Part shown: one piece after another, positions 1 through 12,015 of the stretch
Layout of the letters: every line of letters starts with the position of its first letter
Position numbering within the stretch: the stretch's first letter is position 1
From: Anaeramoeba ignava BMAN
Taxonomy: Eukaryota; Protista; Anaeramoebae
Length of the DNA: 64,000 bases
NCBI GenBank assembly: GCA_028826165.1
Contig: JAPDFW010000060.1
Coordinates: forward strand, 434,001-498,000
Direction: 5' to 3'
Notes under the pieces: generated by a model
What the model saw: the letters and a program-made list of their open reading frames with translations, nothing else
What the model was told of the DNA's origin: nothing
The model's database searches: none
Position numbers and translations under genes: made by a program

Positions 1-2516
1 GCTTTATGGGATATTTCTGCTTTTAATAATGGTAAATAAATAATAAATAAAAAAAATCCAAATAATATTTATTTTCCATTTATTTTTTTTTTGAAATTAA
101 AATTAAATCAAAAAATAATCAAAAAATAATTACAAAAAATAAATTAAAATTAAATAAATTTACAAAATAATAAATAAATAATTATTAATTATTAATTAAA
201 ATCAAAATAAAAATTAATTAATTCCAAATTTATTTTCAAAAATAAAAATATCAAAAATAGAAAACCAAATAGAAATTAGAAATTTAAAAGGAATTGAACC
301 TATTATTAAATCAATGAATAATTTCCCAAATAATCAAAATATTCAATATAATGGATGTGGAGCTTTATTGAATATTGCTGTTAATGATGGTAAATAAATA
401 AAAAATAAATCAAAATCAAAAATCTAAATAATTTTTTTTCTATTTATTTTTTTGAAATTAAAAATTAAAAAATTTAATCAAAAAATAATTACAAAAAATA
501 AATTAAAATTAAATAAATTTACAAAATAATAAATAAATATTAATTATTAATCAAAATAAAAATAAATCAATTTCCAAAAATAAAAATAATTAAAAAATAG
601 AAAACCAAATAGAAATTAGAAATTTAAAAGGAATTGAACCTATTATTAAAGCAATGAATAATTTCCCAAATAATCAAAATATTCAAGAAAAAGGATGTGG
701 AGCTTTACAGAATATTGCTGCTAATGATGGTAAATAAATAAAAAATCAAATAAATCCAAAAATCTAAATAATATTTATTTTCCATTTTTTTTTAAAATTA
801 AAAATTAAAAATTAAATCAAAAAATAATCAAAAAATAATTACAAAAAATAAATTAAAATTAAATAAATTTACAAAATAATAAATAAATAATTATTAATTA
901 TTAATCAAAATCAAAATCAAAATTAATTAATTCCAAATTTATTTTCAAAAATAAAAATATCAAAAATAGAAAACAAAATAGAAATTAGAAATTTAAAAGG
1001 AATTAAACCTATTATTAAAGCAATGAATAATTTCCCAAATAATGAAGATATTCAAAATGAAGGATGTGGAGCTTTAAAGAATATTGCTAATAATAAAGGT
1101 AAATAAAATTAATAAATAAATTGAAAAAAATTATTTATTTTCCATTTTTTTTTTGAAATTAAAAATTAAAAATTAAATCAAAAAATAATCAAAAAATAAT
1201 TACAAAAAATAAATTAAAATTAAATAAATTTACAAAATAATAAATAAATATTAATTATTAATTAAAATCAAAATAAAAATTAATTAATTTCAAATTTATT
1301 TTCAAAAATAAAAATATCAAAAATAGAAAACAAAATTGAAATTAGAAATTTAAAAGGAATTGAACCTATTATTAAAGCAATGAATAATTTCCCAAATAAT
1401 CAAAATATTCAAGAAAAAGGATGTGGAGCTTTATTGAATATTTCTGTTAATAAAGGTAAATAAAAATAAAATAAATCCAAAAATCCAAATAATATTTATT
1501 TTCCATTTTTTTTTTGAAATTAAAAATTAAAAATTAAATCAAAAAATAATCAAAAAATAATTACAAAAAATAAATTAAAATTAAATAAATTTACAAAATA
1601 ATAAATAAATAATTATTAATTGTTAATCAAAATCAAAATAAAAATTAATTAATTTCAAATTTATTTTCAAAAAATAAAAAATAATTAAAAAATAGAAAAC
1701 GAAATAGAAATTAAGAATTTAAAAGGAATTGAACCTATTATTAAATCAATGAATAATTTCCCAAATAATCAAAATATTCAATGGAGAGGATGTGGAGCTT
1801 TATGGAATATTGCTGTTAATAAAGGTAAATAAATAAAAATAAAAAATCAAAAATCTAAATAATTTTTTTTGAAATTAAAAATTAAAAATTAAATCAAAAA
1901 ATAATCAAAAAATAATTCCAAAAAATAAATTAAAATTAAATAAATTTACAAAATAATAAATAAATAATTATTAATTATTAATTAAAATCAAAATAAAAAT
2001 TAATTAATTTCAAATTTATTTTCAAAAATAAAAAATAATCAAAAATAGAAAACAAAATAGAAATTAGAAATTTAAAAGGAATTAAACCTATTATTAAAGC
2101 AATGAATAATTTCCCAAATAATGAAGATATTCAATGGAGAGGATGTGGAGCTTTATGGAATATTGCTGTTAATAAAGGTAAATAAATAAAAATAAAAAAT
2201 AAAAAATCTAAATAATATTTATTGAAATTAAAAATTAAAAATTAAATCAAAAAATAATCAAAAAATAATTCCAAAAAATAAATTAAAATTAAATTTACAA
2301 AATAATAAATAAATAATTATTAATTATTAATTAAAATCTAAATAAAAATTAATTAATTTCAATTTTATTTTCAAAAATAAAAATTCCAAAAAAATAGAAA
2401 ACAAAATAGAAATTAGAAATTTAAAAGGAAAGGAACTTATCAAAAAAGCAATGAATAATTTCCCAAATAATCAAGTTATTCAAAAATATGGAAAATGGAT
2501 TTTAGAAGATTTATAA
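1..2516 (+). CDS. Armadillo-repeat protein, 3' part (one 43-aa ARM repeat per exon); 5' end lies outside the window
   Basis: 129-nt phase-1 exons bounded by AG/GT (e.g. 261-389, 601-729) encode ENxIEIRNLKGIEPIIK(S/A)MNNFPNNxxIQxxGCGALxNIxxN. The terminal exon 2398-2516 encodes a capping repeat ending QKYGKWILEDL-stop. Confidence 0.85.
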
Positions 2517-2629
2517 CAAAATTGAATTAATTTAAAATTCTTTTCTTTTCTTTCAAAAACAAATTCAATAAAAAACAAATATCAAATTATTTTCAATTTA
2601 GATTTTATTTTGAAATCATTTCCCAAATA

Positions 2630-3580
2630 ATCAATAAATCTTAAAATCAATCTTAAAATAAATCTTAAAATAAATCTTAAAATAAATCTTAAAATTAATC
2701 TTAAAATTAATCTTAAAATCAATCTTAAAATAAATCTTAAAATTAATCTTAAAATAAATCTTAAAATTAAAATAAAAAATAAATAAAACCACCAAATCAA
2801 TTTTAAATCCAATTAATTAAAATCAATTAAAATCAATCTTAAAAAAATAAATCTTAAAATCAATCTTAAAAATAAATCTTAAAATCAATCTTAAAATAAA
2901 ATCAATTAAAATTAATCTTAAAATAAATCTTAAAATAAATCTTAAAAATAACCACTTAAAATAAATAATTAAAATCAAAATTCAATTAATTAATAATCCA
3001 TATTCAATTTAAAATCAATTAAATAAACCAAAATAACCAAAATCAAAAATTAAAAATACCAATTTTAAAATAAATCTTAAAATAAATCTTAAAATTAATC
3101 AATCAATCAATCTTAAAATTAATCTTAAAATAAATCTTAAAATTAATCTTAAAATAAATCTTAAAATTAATCTTAAAATAAATCTTAAAATAAATCTTAA
3201 AATCAATCTTAAAATAAATCTTAAAATCAATCTTAAAATAAATCTTAAAATTAATCTTAAAATCAATCTTAAAATTAATCTTAAAATCAATCTTAAAATC
3301 AATCTTAAAATCAATCTTAAAATTAATCTTAAAATCAATCTTAAAATTAATCTTAAAATCAATCAATCAATCAATCTTAAAATAAATCTTAAAATAAATC
3401 TTAAAATCAATCTTAAAATCAATCTTAAAATAAATCTTAAAATCAATCTTAAAATCAATCTTAAAATAAATCTTAAAATTAATCTTAAAATAAATCTTAA
3501 AATAAATCTTAAAATAAATCTTAAAATAAATCTTAAAATAAATCTTAAAATTAATCTTAAAATCAATCTTAAAATCAATC
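2630..3580. repeat. 12-bp minisatellite (AATCTTAAAAT[A/C/T])n between convergent genes
   Basis: Directly visible tandem 12-mers; these produce the spurious ILRL/FKID ORFs. Confidence 0.9.
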
Positions 3581-3631
3581 TAATAAAAAAGAAATGTTTT
3601 ATTTAATTTTTTTTCAATAAAAAAAAAAGAA

Positions 3632-5134
3632 TTAATGAGCAGAAACAAATTGAACAGCATTGCAAATAATAACAGCTCCATCAGTAGTAACATCCCAAAA
3701 ATCTGAGCGACAATTACTTGAAACAGGGAAAAAATTAAGTTCAACAACAACACCACAACGAGAATTCATTCTTTTCTCGCCAATCAAAGGAACACCATCA
3801 CCCCAACAAGCAACAAGAGTAGCACCGACATTAGTTTGAACTTTAGAACGATAAGAAGAAGATCCGCCTGAAAAACGGAATACATTTTCCATAAGAGGAT
3901 GTTGACGATCAAAGTTTCCAATAACTTGACTTTCACCATAGCTTTTTTCACCAGAAATAAAAGGAAGCATTGCTTCTTCAAAAATTTTTCCTTTGATTTC
4001 AAGACTTTCTTTTTCTGTCGAGAAAGTAGCAACAACTAATCCACCACCAGATTTAACAAACTCAGCAAGATTATCACCAAGAAGTTTTTCATTATGATAA
4101 TTCATTTGAGAAAAAGTAAAAATGCAATCGTAATTTGCCATTTGTTCAAAAGAAGGTGTTTCCATTTCACCTCGAATCATTTCCACATTTTTGAATCCTC
4201 CGTGACGGAGCTGTAATTCAACATCCCTTCTCCATGAGGAATTACTTTCTGCGCTGATTACCATCACTTTGATCTCCTCACGTTGCTTTCTTTCCCGGAA
4301 TCGTTGAGTGTGAGCTTTGTTCAGGATCTCGAAGCATATTTGGAGCATTGCGTCTGGATCAACAGTTTTTGTTTCCATGACTTCTTCAAGATCCATTTTG
4401 CTCATTAAGGAAAACTTAATGTGTTTCATGATGTTTTCCAGAAGTTTGCGCAGATTTTCAGGCCGCGGTTTAATTCCGAGAGAATTGCATTGATTCTTAG
4501 CCCATTTAATGCAAGCGCGAAAGATATCGATCTCGCTGATACCGATAAGGTTTTCTAGCGAGAGAATCATGAGGAGAGTTTCCTCGGTTAACCCAAGAAC
4601 TCCATCGGATTTCGCCAACACCAAGTAGCTGTTGTTTTGAATGCAAGAAATGGATTGTTTAATCAATGATTCCTCTTTCACAGTCAATGCGTGTTGGAGG
4701 AGATCACAACAATTCTCTGCGTTAAGAAGCGCAGAGAGATATTCCCCGCAGTATTTCCGCAGAGAAGGAAGATTGTATTTATTTGATGCGTATAAAACAC
4801 CAACTGCATTTTCTTGTGTTAATTCGATGTGTGATGTGTATGCATATGTTAAAAGTGATAAAAAAACATCTGCCTCAATATCAGGCACAAGTATTGGCTG
4901 TTTGGAATCTTGTTTTGCTTCCTGGAAGCTGCCGAATAATTGCACAGCCCATACTTCGCTTGTTGTTGCAAGCACAAATTTGTGAGCATAAATAAGCTGT
5001 TCTGTTTTCCCAACTTTGAAACATACATCAGAAAAAAGTGGGTTGTTGATGTATTTTTTGAATTTGTCTTCTAGTTTTTCTTCTTTGTAAATTTGGAGAT
5101 TTGATATTTCTAATGAATGAACTGCTGATATCAT
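3632..5134 (-). CDS. BTB/POZ-BACK protein with a C-terminal alpha/beta domain (class I glutamine-amidotransferase-like appearance); intronless
   Basis: 500-aa ORF with BTB motif FSDVCFKVG...AHKFVLA and a BACK region (SEIDIFRACIKWA). The C-terminal domain contains YDCIFTF...LGDNLAEFVKSGGGLVV...HPLM. Confidence 0.85.
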   Translation of the reverse strand: MISAVHSLEISNLQIYKEEKLEDKFKKYINNPLFSDVCFKVGKTEQLIYAHKFVLATTSEVWAVQLFGSFQEAKQDSKQPILVPDIEADVFLSLLTYAYTSHIELTQENAVGVLYASNKYNLPSLRKYCGEYLSALLNAENCCDLLQHALTVKEESLIKQSISCIQNNSYLVLAKSDGVLGLTEETLLMILSLENLIGISEIDIFRACIKWAKNQCNSLGIKPRPENLRKLLENIMKHIKFSLMSKMDLEEVMETKTVDPDAMLQICFEILNKAHTQRFRERKQREEIKVMVISAESNSSWRRDVELQLRHGGFKNVEMIRGEMETPSFEQMANYDCIFTFSQMNYHNEKLLGDNLAEFVKSGGGLVVATFSTEKESLEIKGKIFEEAMLPFISGEKSYGESQVIGNFDRQHPLMENVFRFSGGSSSYRSKVQTNVGATLVACWGDGVPLIGEKRMNSRCGVVVELNFFPVSSNCRSDFWDVTTDGAVIICNAVQFVSAH

Positions 5135-5503
5135 TTTATTTTTTAATTTTATCCAAAATAAAATAATAGAAAATAATCAAATAATAACAAATAATTAAAA
5201 AAGAAAAAAGAAAAAAGAAAAAAGAAAAAAGAAAAATGATTTTTGTTTTTTTTGATCCAAATTTTCTTTTAAATTTCCAAAAAAACATTTAAAAACATTT
5301 TAAAAAACATTTACATTTTTAAAATTGACTTTTAATTATAATTTAAATTTAAATTATAAAATTATTTATTGAAATAAAAAAAGAATACGTTTTTTGAACA
5401 AACGTTTTATTTAAAAAAAAAACAATTATTATTAATTATTTTCCAAAATTATTAATTTTTTATTTATTTTTTTATTTTTTTTTTTTTTTTTCATTTTTAA
5501 AAA

Positions 5504-7551
5504 ATGGAATTTCAAACAAATTTTGAACCTTTTGGAGTTTTTTTTATTATTGCAGAACATTTTGATACACTTACTTCAAAGAAACATAATTTTAAAACTG
5601 ATTTATTAGCAGTAAAAATAAAAATTAAAAAATTATAAAAAAAAATTAAAAAAAAATTTTTTTTTAAAATTAAATTAAATCAAAGTTAAATGACAAACTT
5701 TCAAAACAAAAGAAAAAACCAGTTACAGTTAGTCAAAGATATTGTAATTTCTGTGAAAAAATTTTAGAATATGATTCAACAGCAAAAATTACAATTAATT
5801 TTGATTTTCCAAGTAAAATTTTTATTTAAATTTAAATTTAAATTTTAATTTTAATTTTAATTTTAAATTTTTTTTAGCTTTAAAATCTTTTTATAGATTT
5901 CTTTTTTTTGGATTAAATACTATTAATCCAAAAGATTTAGTTTCATATATTGATCAAATTATCACTAAAATTGATAATTATCATCTTTCAATTCAACAAA
6001 AAATGCAACTGTATAAAATTAAAATAAATTAAAATTAAAATTAAAATTAAAATTAAAATTAAAATTAAAATTAAAATTAAAATTAAAATTAAAAATAAAA
6101 TTAAAATTAAAATTAAAATTAAAATTAAATAAAATTAAAATTAAAATTAAATAAAATTAAAATTAAAATTTAAAATTAAAATTAAAATTAAATAAAATTA
6201 AAATTCATTTATAAAATTAAAATTAAAATTAAAATTAAAATTAAAATTAAAATTTGTAAAATAGATTTTTTCACATCTTTAACAGTTTAAGTGATCATCA
6301 TGGAAAATCAAAAGCAAGAATCTTATCAAAAATTGCAATTTTATGTGGAGAAAATAAACAAATGATAGAAATTCTTTTCCGAAATTGTGGAGATTTCTCA
6401 CAACTTCAAAAATGGATTAACTCATGGAATATTCAAGAAAAATTATTAGAAAAAATGCTTTCTAATATTATTTCTGCATTTAATCATCTTAATAAAAGGT
6501 ATTAATTAATTTTAATTTTATTTTTGTTTATTAATTTTATTTTTGTTTATTAATTTTATTTTTAATTTTAATTAATTTATTTTAATTTTTAATTTTAATT
6601 AATTTTAATTTATTAATTTTATTTTTATTTTTAATTAATTTATTTTAATTTTTATTTTTATTTTCTAGATTCGATGTAACTCTCTTCAAAGTTAATTTAC
6701 TAGCATCTCCTTATTTCGTTTTACAAAACAAAGAATCTTTTATTGAATCCCTTTTAAAAGAATTGATTGAAAATAATTTCGTTATTCTTTTTGACAAAAC
6801 TTTAACACTTCCCAATTTAGAATCAATAGTGAAACAAACAGAAAACAACAAAATTAAACAAAATTACGAAATTTTAAAGCTTTTTTGTGGAAGAAATTTA
6901 AATGAAATTATTAATTACTTCAATAAAAACCAAAATTCCTTATCAGAAAATATCACAAAAATCAACTTGGAAAATTCAACAAGGACAATGATTTTATTAC
7001 AAATGAAAGGAGAATTCTCATATGAAGAAGCAATGAAGAAATTAAGTTTCGAAAACCAAACAGAATTTGAAAAATTTTTAATCAAAACAATGGTTGATGA
7101 AATTACAGAGATTTGTTTGGATCAATTAAATAGAAAGCTTTTCATTTCTCTTGATAAGAAAATTTCAGCATTTATTCCAAGCGATGATTCACAAGATTGG
7201 GATTCTATTAAAGCAGCCTTGAATTCCTGGAAAAATCAATTATCAAGTTTGAATGATTTAATTTCAACAAATGCTCCAATACAAGATTTTGATAAATCAA
7301 AAAAATTCAATCAAAAATCAAAACCAAAGTATCATAATCAACATTATAATCAATACCACAATCAACAGCATAACCAGCAATATAATCCTCAATATAAACA
7401 GCAATATAATAAACAGCATAATCAGCAATATAATAAACACCATAATCAACAGAATAATCAATATCATAATCAACAGAATAATCAATATCATAATCAACAA
7501 CACAAATATCAAAAGTATCCTTCTAATACTCGTCAATATCATCAAAAATGA
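5504..7551 (+). CDS. PCI-domain protein, probably eIF3 subunit M, with a Q/N/H/Y-rich tail; 5 exons
   Basis: ATG at 5504 and four GT-AG introns join in frame to ORF 6763-7551. The C-terminus (FSYEEAMKKL...EKFLIKTMVDEITEICLDQLNRKL...DWDSIKAALNSWKNQL) resembles the eIF3m winged-helix region. Confidence 0.65.
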
Positions 7552-7724
7552 AATATTTTCAATTCAAAATCAAAAAAATTTTTCATTTAAAAAATTTCTT
7601 TCTTTTTCTTTTTAATTTCTTCTTCTTTCCTTTTTAGAATTTTAATAAACTTTTCTCACTTTATCTTTATTTCTTTTTTTTTTTCTTTTTTCTTTTTTTT
7701 TAAATTCATTTTTTTTTTTACAAA

Positions 7725-9860
7725 ATGAATGATCCAAAAGAGATTGAAGAAAAAAACTTAAACTTTATCAAAAAAGCAGATTCTTTATCTTTAGAAAACA
7801 TTGAAGAAGTGAAGGAAGTTTTAATAGAAAAAGATCCATTAGATCAAACACAACTTCTTATTGCATGTGAAAAGGGGGCAAAAGAATTAATTGGATTATT
7901 ACTTGAAAAAGGAGCAAATCCAAAAGCAAAAACAAGTGAAGATAAAACACCTCTTCATTTGATTTGTCTTCATAAAAACGTTTTGAGAGAAGTGAAACTC
8001 CTCATTGAAAAAGGAGCTGATGTTAATGAAACTGCATTTTCTATTGATTCACCTTTGCATCTTGCTTGCCAATATAGTTCGTTAGATGTCATCAGTTATT
8101 TAATTGAAAAAGGAGCAGATTTAAACGCAGTTACATATGAATATGGATTGTGGCATTCAGAAAAAAAATCCGTTTTTGATTTTGCTTTCCAAAACGAAGA
8201 TTCAGTAGAAGTTATCAAATTGTTAATTGAAAAAGGAGCGGATATCAATTATGAATTCTCCAAAAATCAATCATTATTGCACAAAGCTTGTGAATTTGAA
8301 TTGTTTGATCTCGTGAAATTTCTTGTTGGAAAGGGAATGGATATTCATCAAAAAGATGGAAACAATCAAAACCCTTTTCAGATTGCTTGTCAAAAACCAA
8401 ATTCTTTTCAAATCGTCAAATTTTTTGTTGAAAAAGGAATCGATATTCATGAAGCAACTTTTGGTAATCAAACTGCTTTGCATTCTGCCTGCATTTCAAA
8501 TTCCCTTGATGTTGTTAAATTGTTGATCGAAAAAGGAGCAAATCCAAATGCTCAAGCTTATGATGGTCAAACACCTTTCCATTATGCTTGCCTAATTAAA
8601 TCGATTCCAATTTTGAAAGTTTTGCTTGAAAATGGGGCTGATATTGAATCACGAACTGAAAACCAAGAAACAGCTTTACATTTAGTTTGTATTGCGGAAG
8701 ATTCTTTTGAGATAATCAAATTACTGGTTGAAAATGGAGCTGATTTAAATGCAAAAACATCTACTCAAGACACTCCTTTACATTATATTTTGAAAGATCC
8801 TCAATTTTCAGGAATGATGCCTTCTTTTGGTTATTTTGGATCAACTTCCTTTGACCAAAATGAAAAAAATCAAGATGTTATTCAAATTGCAAAATATTTG
8901 ATTTCAAAGGGAGCTGATGTTGATGTAAAAAACAGTTCTCTCGAAACTCCTCTTTCTTTAGCTAATTCAAGACATCTGGAAAAATTGATTAAATTTCTTC
9001 TCCTTAATGATATAAATGTTTATGAGTTGCAAGAACAAGGAATCTCACAAGAATTTTTCGATCTCTTTTCCAAAATTTACTCAATCAATCAAGACTTTCT
9101 CAATTTATTAAATTCAAATGATAATTTTTCCGATTTTCAAATTCAATCAAATGATTCTTTTAGGTTCAAAATTCATAAATTGATTCTTTTAATAAGATTT
9201 GATAATAATCAATCAAATTTAGAGAAATTTGTTGAAAATTGTGCTCAAAAACCAAAAGAGGATGTTGAATTTGTTCTGAATTTTCTTTACACCGGTTTTT
9301 GTGGATTTTCTCAAATGATCAACAAATTAAATCAACAAAAAGAAAAAAACAATTTAATTGAAAAAGGAAGTTCTTTTATTGGAGAAAAAGGAAAACCGAT
9401 TTTTGAAAATAGCCAAGAAAAGCAAGAAAATGTTAAAGAATTTTTCAGAGAGATTGGATTAGATTCAAAATGGTTTGAATCCAAAAAAGGAAGAAAAGGG
9501 ATATTGAATGATTTAGGAAAATTATATCAACAAAATGATTCAAAAGATTTTACAATAATTATCGAGGAAAAAGAAATCAAAGTTCATAAATTGATTTTGA
9601 TATTAAGAAGTGAATTATTCAAAGGAATGTTTCAATTAAATATTGAAGATAAATCGAATCAAGTTCATGATTATTCAAAAAAATCTTTTCAAACATTAAA
9701 TCAAATTATTTATTTTCTTTATCACGATAAATTTGATAAAGATCAAGAACTTACAAAAGAAAATCTTGAAGAATTAAGAGATACAAAAGATTATTTTCAA
9801 TTAAATGAAAATTCAATGATTGATTTAATTTTCCAAAAATTTCAAAAAAAAATGAATTGA
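7725..9860 (+). CDS. Ankyrin-repeat protein with two C-terminal BTB/POZ domains; intronless
   Basis: 711-aa ORF with about 11 ANK repeats (TPLHL...LIEKGADVN), followed by SDFQIQ...FKIHKLIL and KDFTII...IKVHKLILILRSELFKGMF BTB motifs. Confidence 0.9.
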   Translation: MNDPKEIEEKNLNFIKKADSLSLENIEEVKEVLIEKDPLDQTQLLIACEKGAKELIGLLLEKGANPKAKTSEDKTPLHLICLHKNVLREVKLLIEKGADVNETAFSIDSPLHLACQYSSLDVISYLIEKGADLNAVTYEYGLWHSEKKSVFDFAFQNEDSVEVIKLLIEKGADINYEFSKNQSLLHKACEFELFDLVKFLVGKGMDIHQKDGNNQNPFQIACQKPNSFQIVKFFVEKGIDIHEATFGNQTALHSACISNSLDVVKLLIEKGANPNAQAYDGQTPFHYACLIKSIPILKVLLENGADIESRTENQETALHLVCIAEDSFEIIKLLVENGADLNAKTSTQDTPLHYILKDPQFSGMMPSFGYFGSTSFDQNEKNQDVIQIAKYLISKGADVDVKNSSLETPLSLANSRHLEKLIKFLLLNDINVYELQEQGISQEFFDLFSKIYSINQDFLNLLNSNDNFSDFQIQSNDSFRFKIHKLILLIRFDNNQSNLEKFVENCAQKPKEDVEFVLNFLYTGFCGFSQMINKLNQQKEKNNLIEKGSSFIGEKGKPIFENSQEKQENVKEFFREIGLDSKWFESKKGRKGILNDLGKLYQQNDSKDFTIIIEEKEIKVHKLILILRSELFKGMFQLNIEDKSNQVHDYSKKSFQTLNQIIYFLYHDKFDKDQELTKENLEELRDTKDYFQLNENSMIDLIFQKFQKKMN

Positions 9861-9980
9861 AAAATCAAATTGGAAAAAAAGATTTATTTAAACTAAAAAT
9901 CTAAAAAAAAAAGAAAAGAATTCAAATATTTTCTTAATTTTTTATCTAATAATATTTTTTTTAAAGAGAAAAAGAAAAAG

Positions 9981-11835
9981 TTAATTTGTTATTGGTGACA
10001 AATTATCCAAAAGAATAAAATAATTTTGATTAAGAGTTGCAATTATGAATGTTTGAGTAAATTGAGTATTTTGATTTTGGAGTAATCCATGAACAGTAAC
10101 AAGATTTGCATCAAAATCTATTAAAATTAATTAAAAGTTCAATATTAAAATTCATTTTGGAATTCATATTCATTTTGAAATTAATATTCATTTTGAAATT
10201 GAAATTGGAATTAATTTTGAAATTAAAATTAAAATTGAAATTGAAATTGAAATTAAAATTCATTTTGAAATTGAAATTGAAATTAAAATTAAAATTGAAA
10301 TTAAAATTAAAATTAAAATTAAAATTAAAATTAAAATTAAAATTAATATTAAAATTAAAATTAAAATTAAAATTAAAATTAATATTAAAATTAATATTAA
10401 AATTAAAATTAAAATTGAAATTAAAATTGAAATTAAAATTAAAATTAAAATTAAAATTGAAATTAAAATTAAAATTAAAATTAAAATTAAAATTAAAATT
10501 AAAATTGAAATTAAAATTAAAATTGAAATTAAAATTAAAATTAAAATTGAAATTGAAATTAAAATTGAAATTGAAATTGAAATTAAAATTGAAATTGAAA
10601 TCAAAATTAAAATTAAAATTGAAATTAAAATTAAAATTGAAATTGAAATTAAAATTGAAATTAAAATTAAAATTAAAATTAAAATTAAAATTAAAATAAA
10701 ATTAAAATTAATATTAAAATTGAAATTGAAATTAAAATTGAAATTGAAATTAAAATTGAAATTAAAATTGAAATTAAAATTAAAATTAAAATTAAAATTA
10801 AAATTGAAATTAAAATTGAAATTAAAATTAAAATTGAAATTAAAATTAAAATTAAAATTGGAATTAAAATTGAAATTGAAATTAAAATTAAAATTAAAAT
10901 TAAAATTAAAATTAAAATTAAAATTGAAATTAAAATTAAAATTCATTTTAAAATTAAAATTAAAATTGAAATTAAAATTCATTTTGAAATTAAAATTAAA
11001 ATTGAAATTAAAATTAAAATTAAAATTGAAATTAAAATTGAAATTGAAATTCATTTTGAAATTGAAATTGAAATTGAAATTGAAATTCATTTTGAAATTG
11101 AAATTGAAATTGAAATTGAAATTAAAATTGAAATTGAAATTGAAATTAAAATTGAAATTCATTTTCAAATTAAAATTAAAATTCATTTTGAAATTCAAAT
11201 TAAAATTGAAATTCATTTTGAAATTCAAATTAAAATTAAAATTGAAATTAAAATTCATTTTGAAATTGAAATTAAAATTGAAATTAAAATTCATTATAAA
11301 ATTCATTTTGAAATTAAAATTGAAATTGAAATTAAAATTGAAAATAAAATTCATTTTGAAATTGAAATTAAAATTCATTATAAAATTCATTTTGAAATTA
11401 AAATTGAAAATAAAATTCATTTTGAAATTCATTTTGAAATTCATTTTGAAATTAATTTTGAAATTAAAATTCATTTTGAAATTAAAATTCATATTATAAT
11501 ATTATCCTTTTGTAAATATAAACTACCATTATAAGTAATATGTTGATGATCAAGTGAATAAACTTCAACTGAAATATTCATATTTTTAACTGAAGAAAAA
11601 AAAGTATTTGGATCTTGTTTTGTATTGTCCCATTCAATAAGAGAGCTTTTATTATAAAATGAACTTAAATTTGTTGGCTTTTTTTTTAAAAATAATTTGG
11701 ATTCAAAATTTTTTTTTTGCTTTTTTTTTTATATTGAAGTTTTTTTTTTCAAATTTAAATGAATTTTGATTTTACGTTATTTTTTAATAAATCATAATAA
11801 TTTTGAATAAATTCTATAATTTGTGAATCTTGCAT
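9981..11835 (-). CDS. NTF2-fold protein (NXT1/p15- or NTF2-like), about 115 aa, 3 exons; absent from the ORF track
   Basis: Exons 11835-11776, 11677-11527 and 10117-9981 join in frame: MQDSQIIEFIQNYYDLLKNN-PTNLSSFYNKSSLIEWDN...YSLDHQ-DFDANLVTVHGLL...FTQTFII...YFILLDNL, which is the NTF2-like pattern. Confidence 0.75.
10120..11500. repeat. (AAAATT/GAAATT)n hexamer expansion filling the 1.4-kb intron 10118-11526
   Basis: Directly visible; source of the poly-LK and poly-NF ORFs. Confidence 0.9.
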
Positions 11836-12015
11836 TTTAAATTTTTTAATTTAATAATAATAATAATAAAGAAGAAAAAAAATGAAAAAAAAAAAAATGA
11901 AAAAAAAATTTTTAATTAAAAAAAAAAATAAATTTTTCTCCTTTAAAAAAAAACAAAAGAAGAAAAAAAAATTTTTATTTTTATTTTTTTTTTCATTTTT
12001 TTCTTTTTATTTCGA

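Noticed and set aside
4641-4995. Antisense or overlapping ORFs within real genes (also 15362, 31983, 44985, 49989, 50697)
   Set aside because: They are shadow frames of well-supported genes with no independent motifs.
10106-11499. Long poly-LK / poly-NF / poly-IL ORFs (also at 2582-3578, 24301, 25900-26266, 28543, 45469-45925, 52572-53160, 62601-63114)
   Set aside because: These are translations of stop-free hexamer or 12-mer satellites within introns or spacers; most begin at non-ATG starts.
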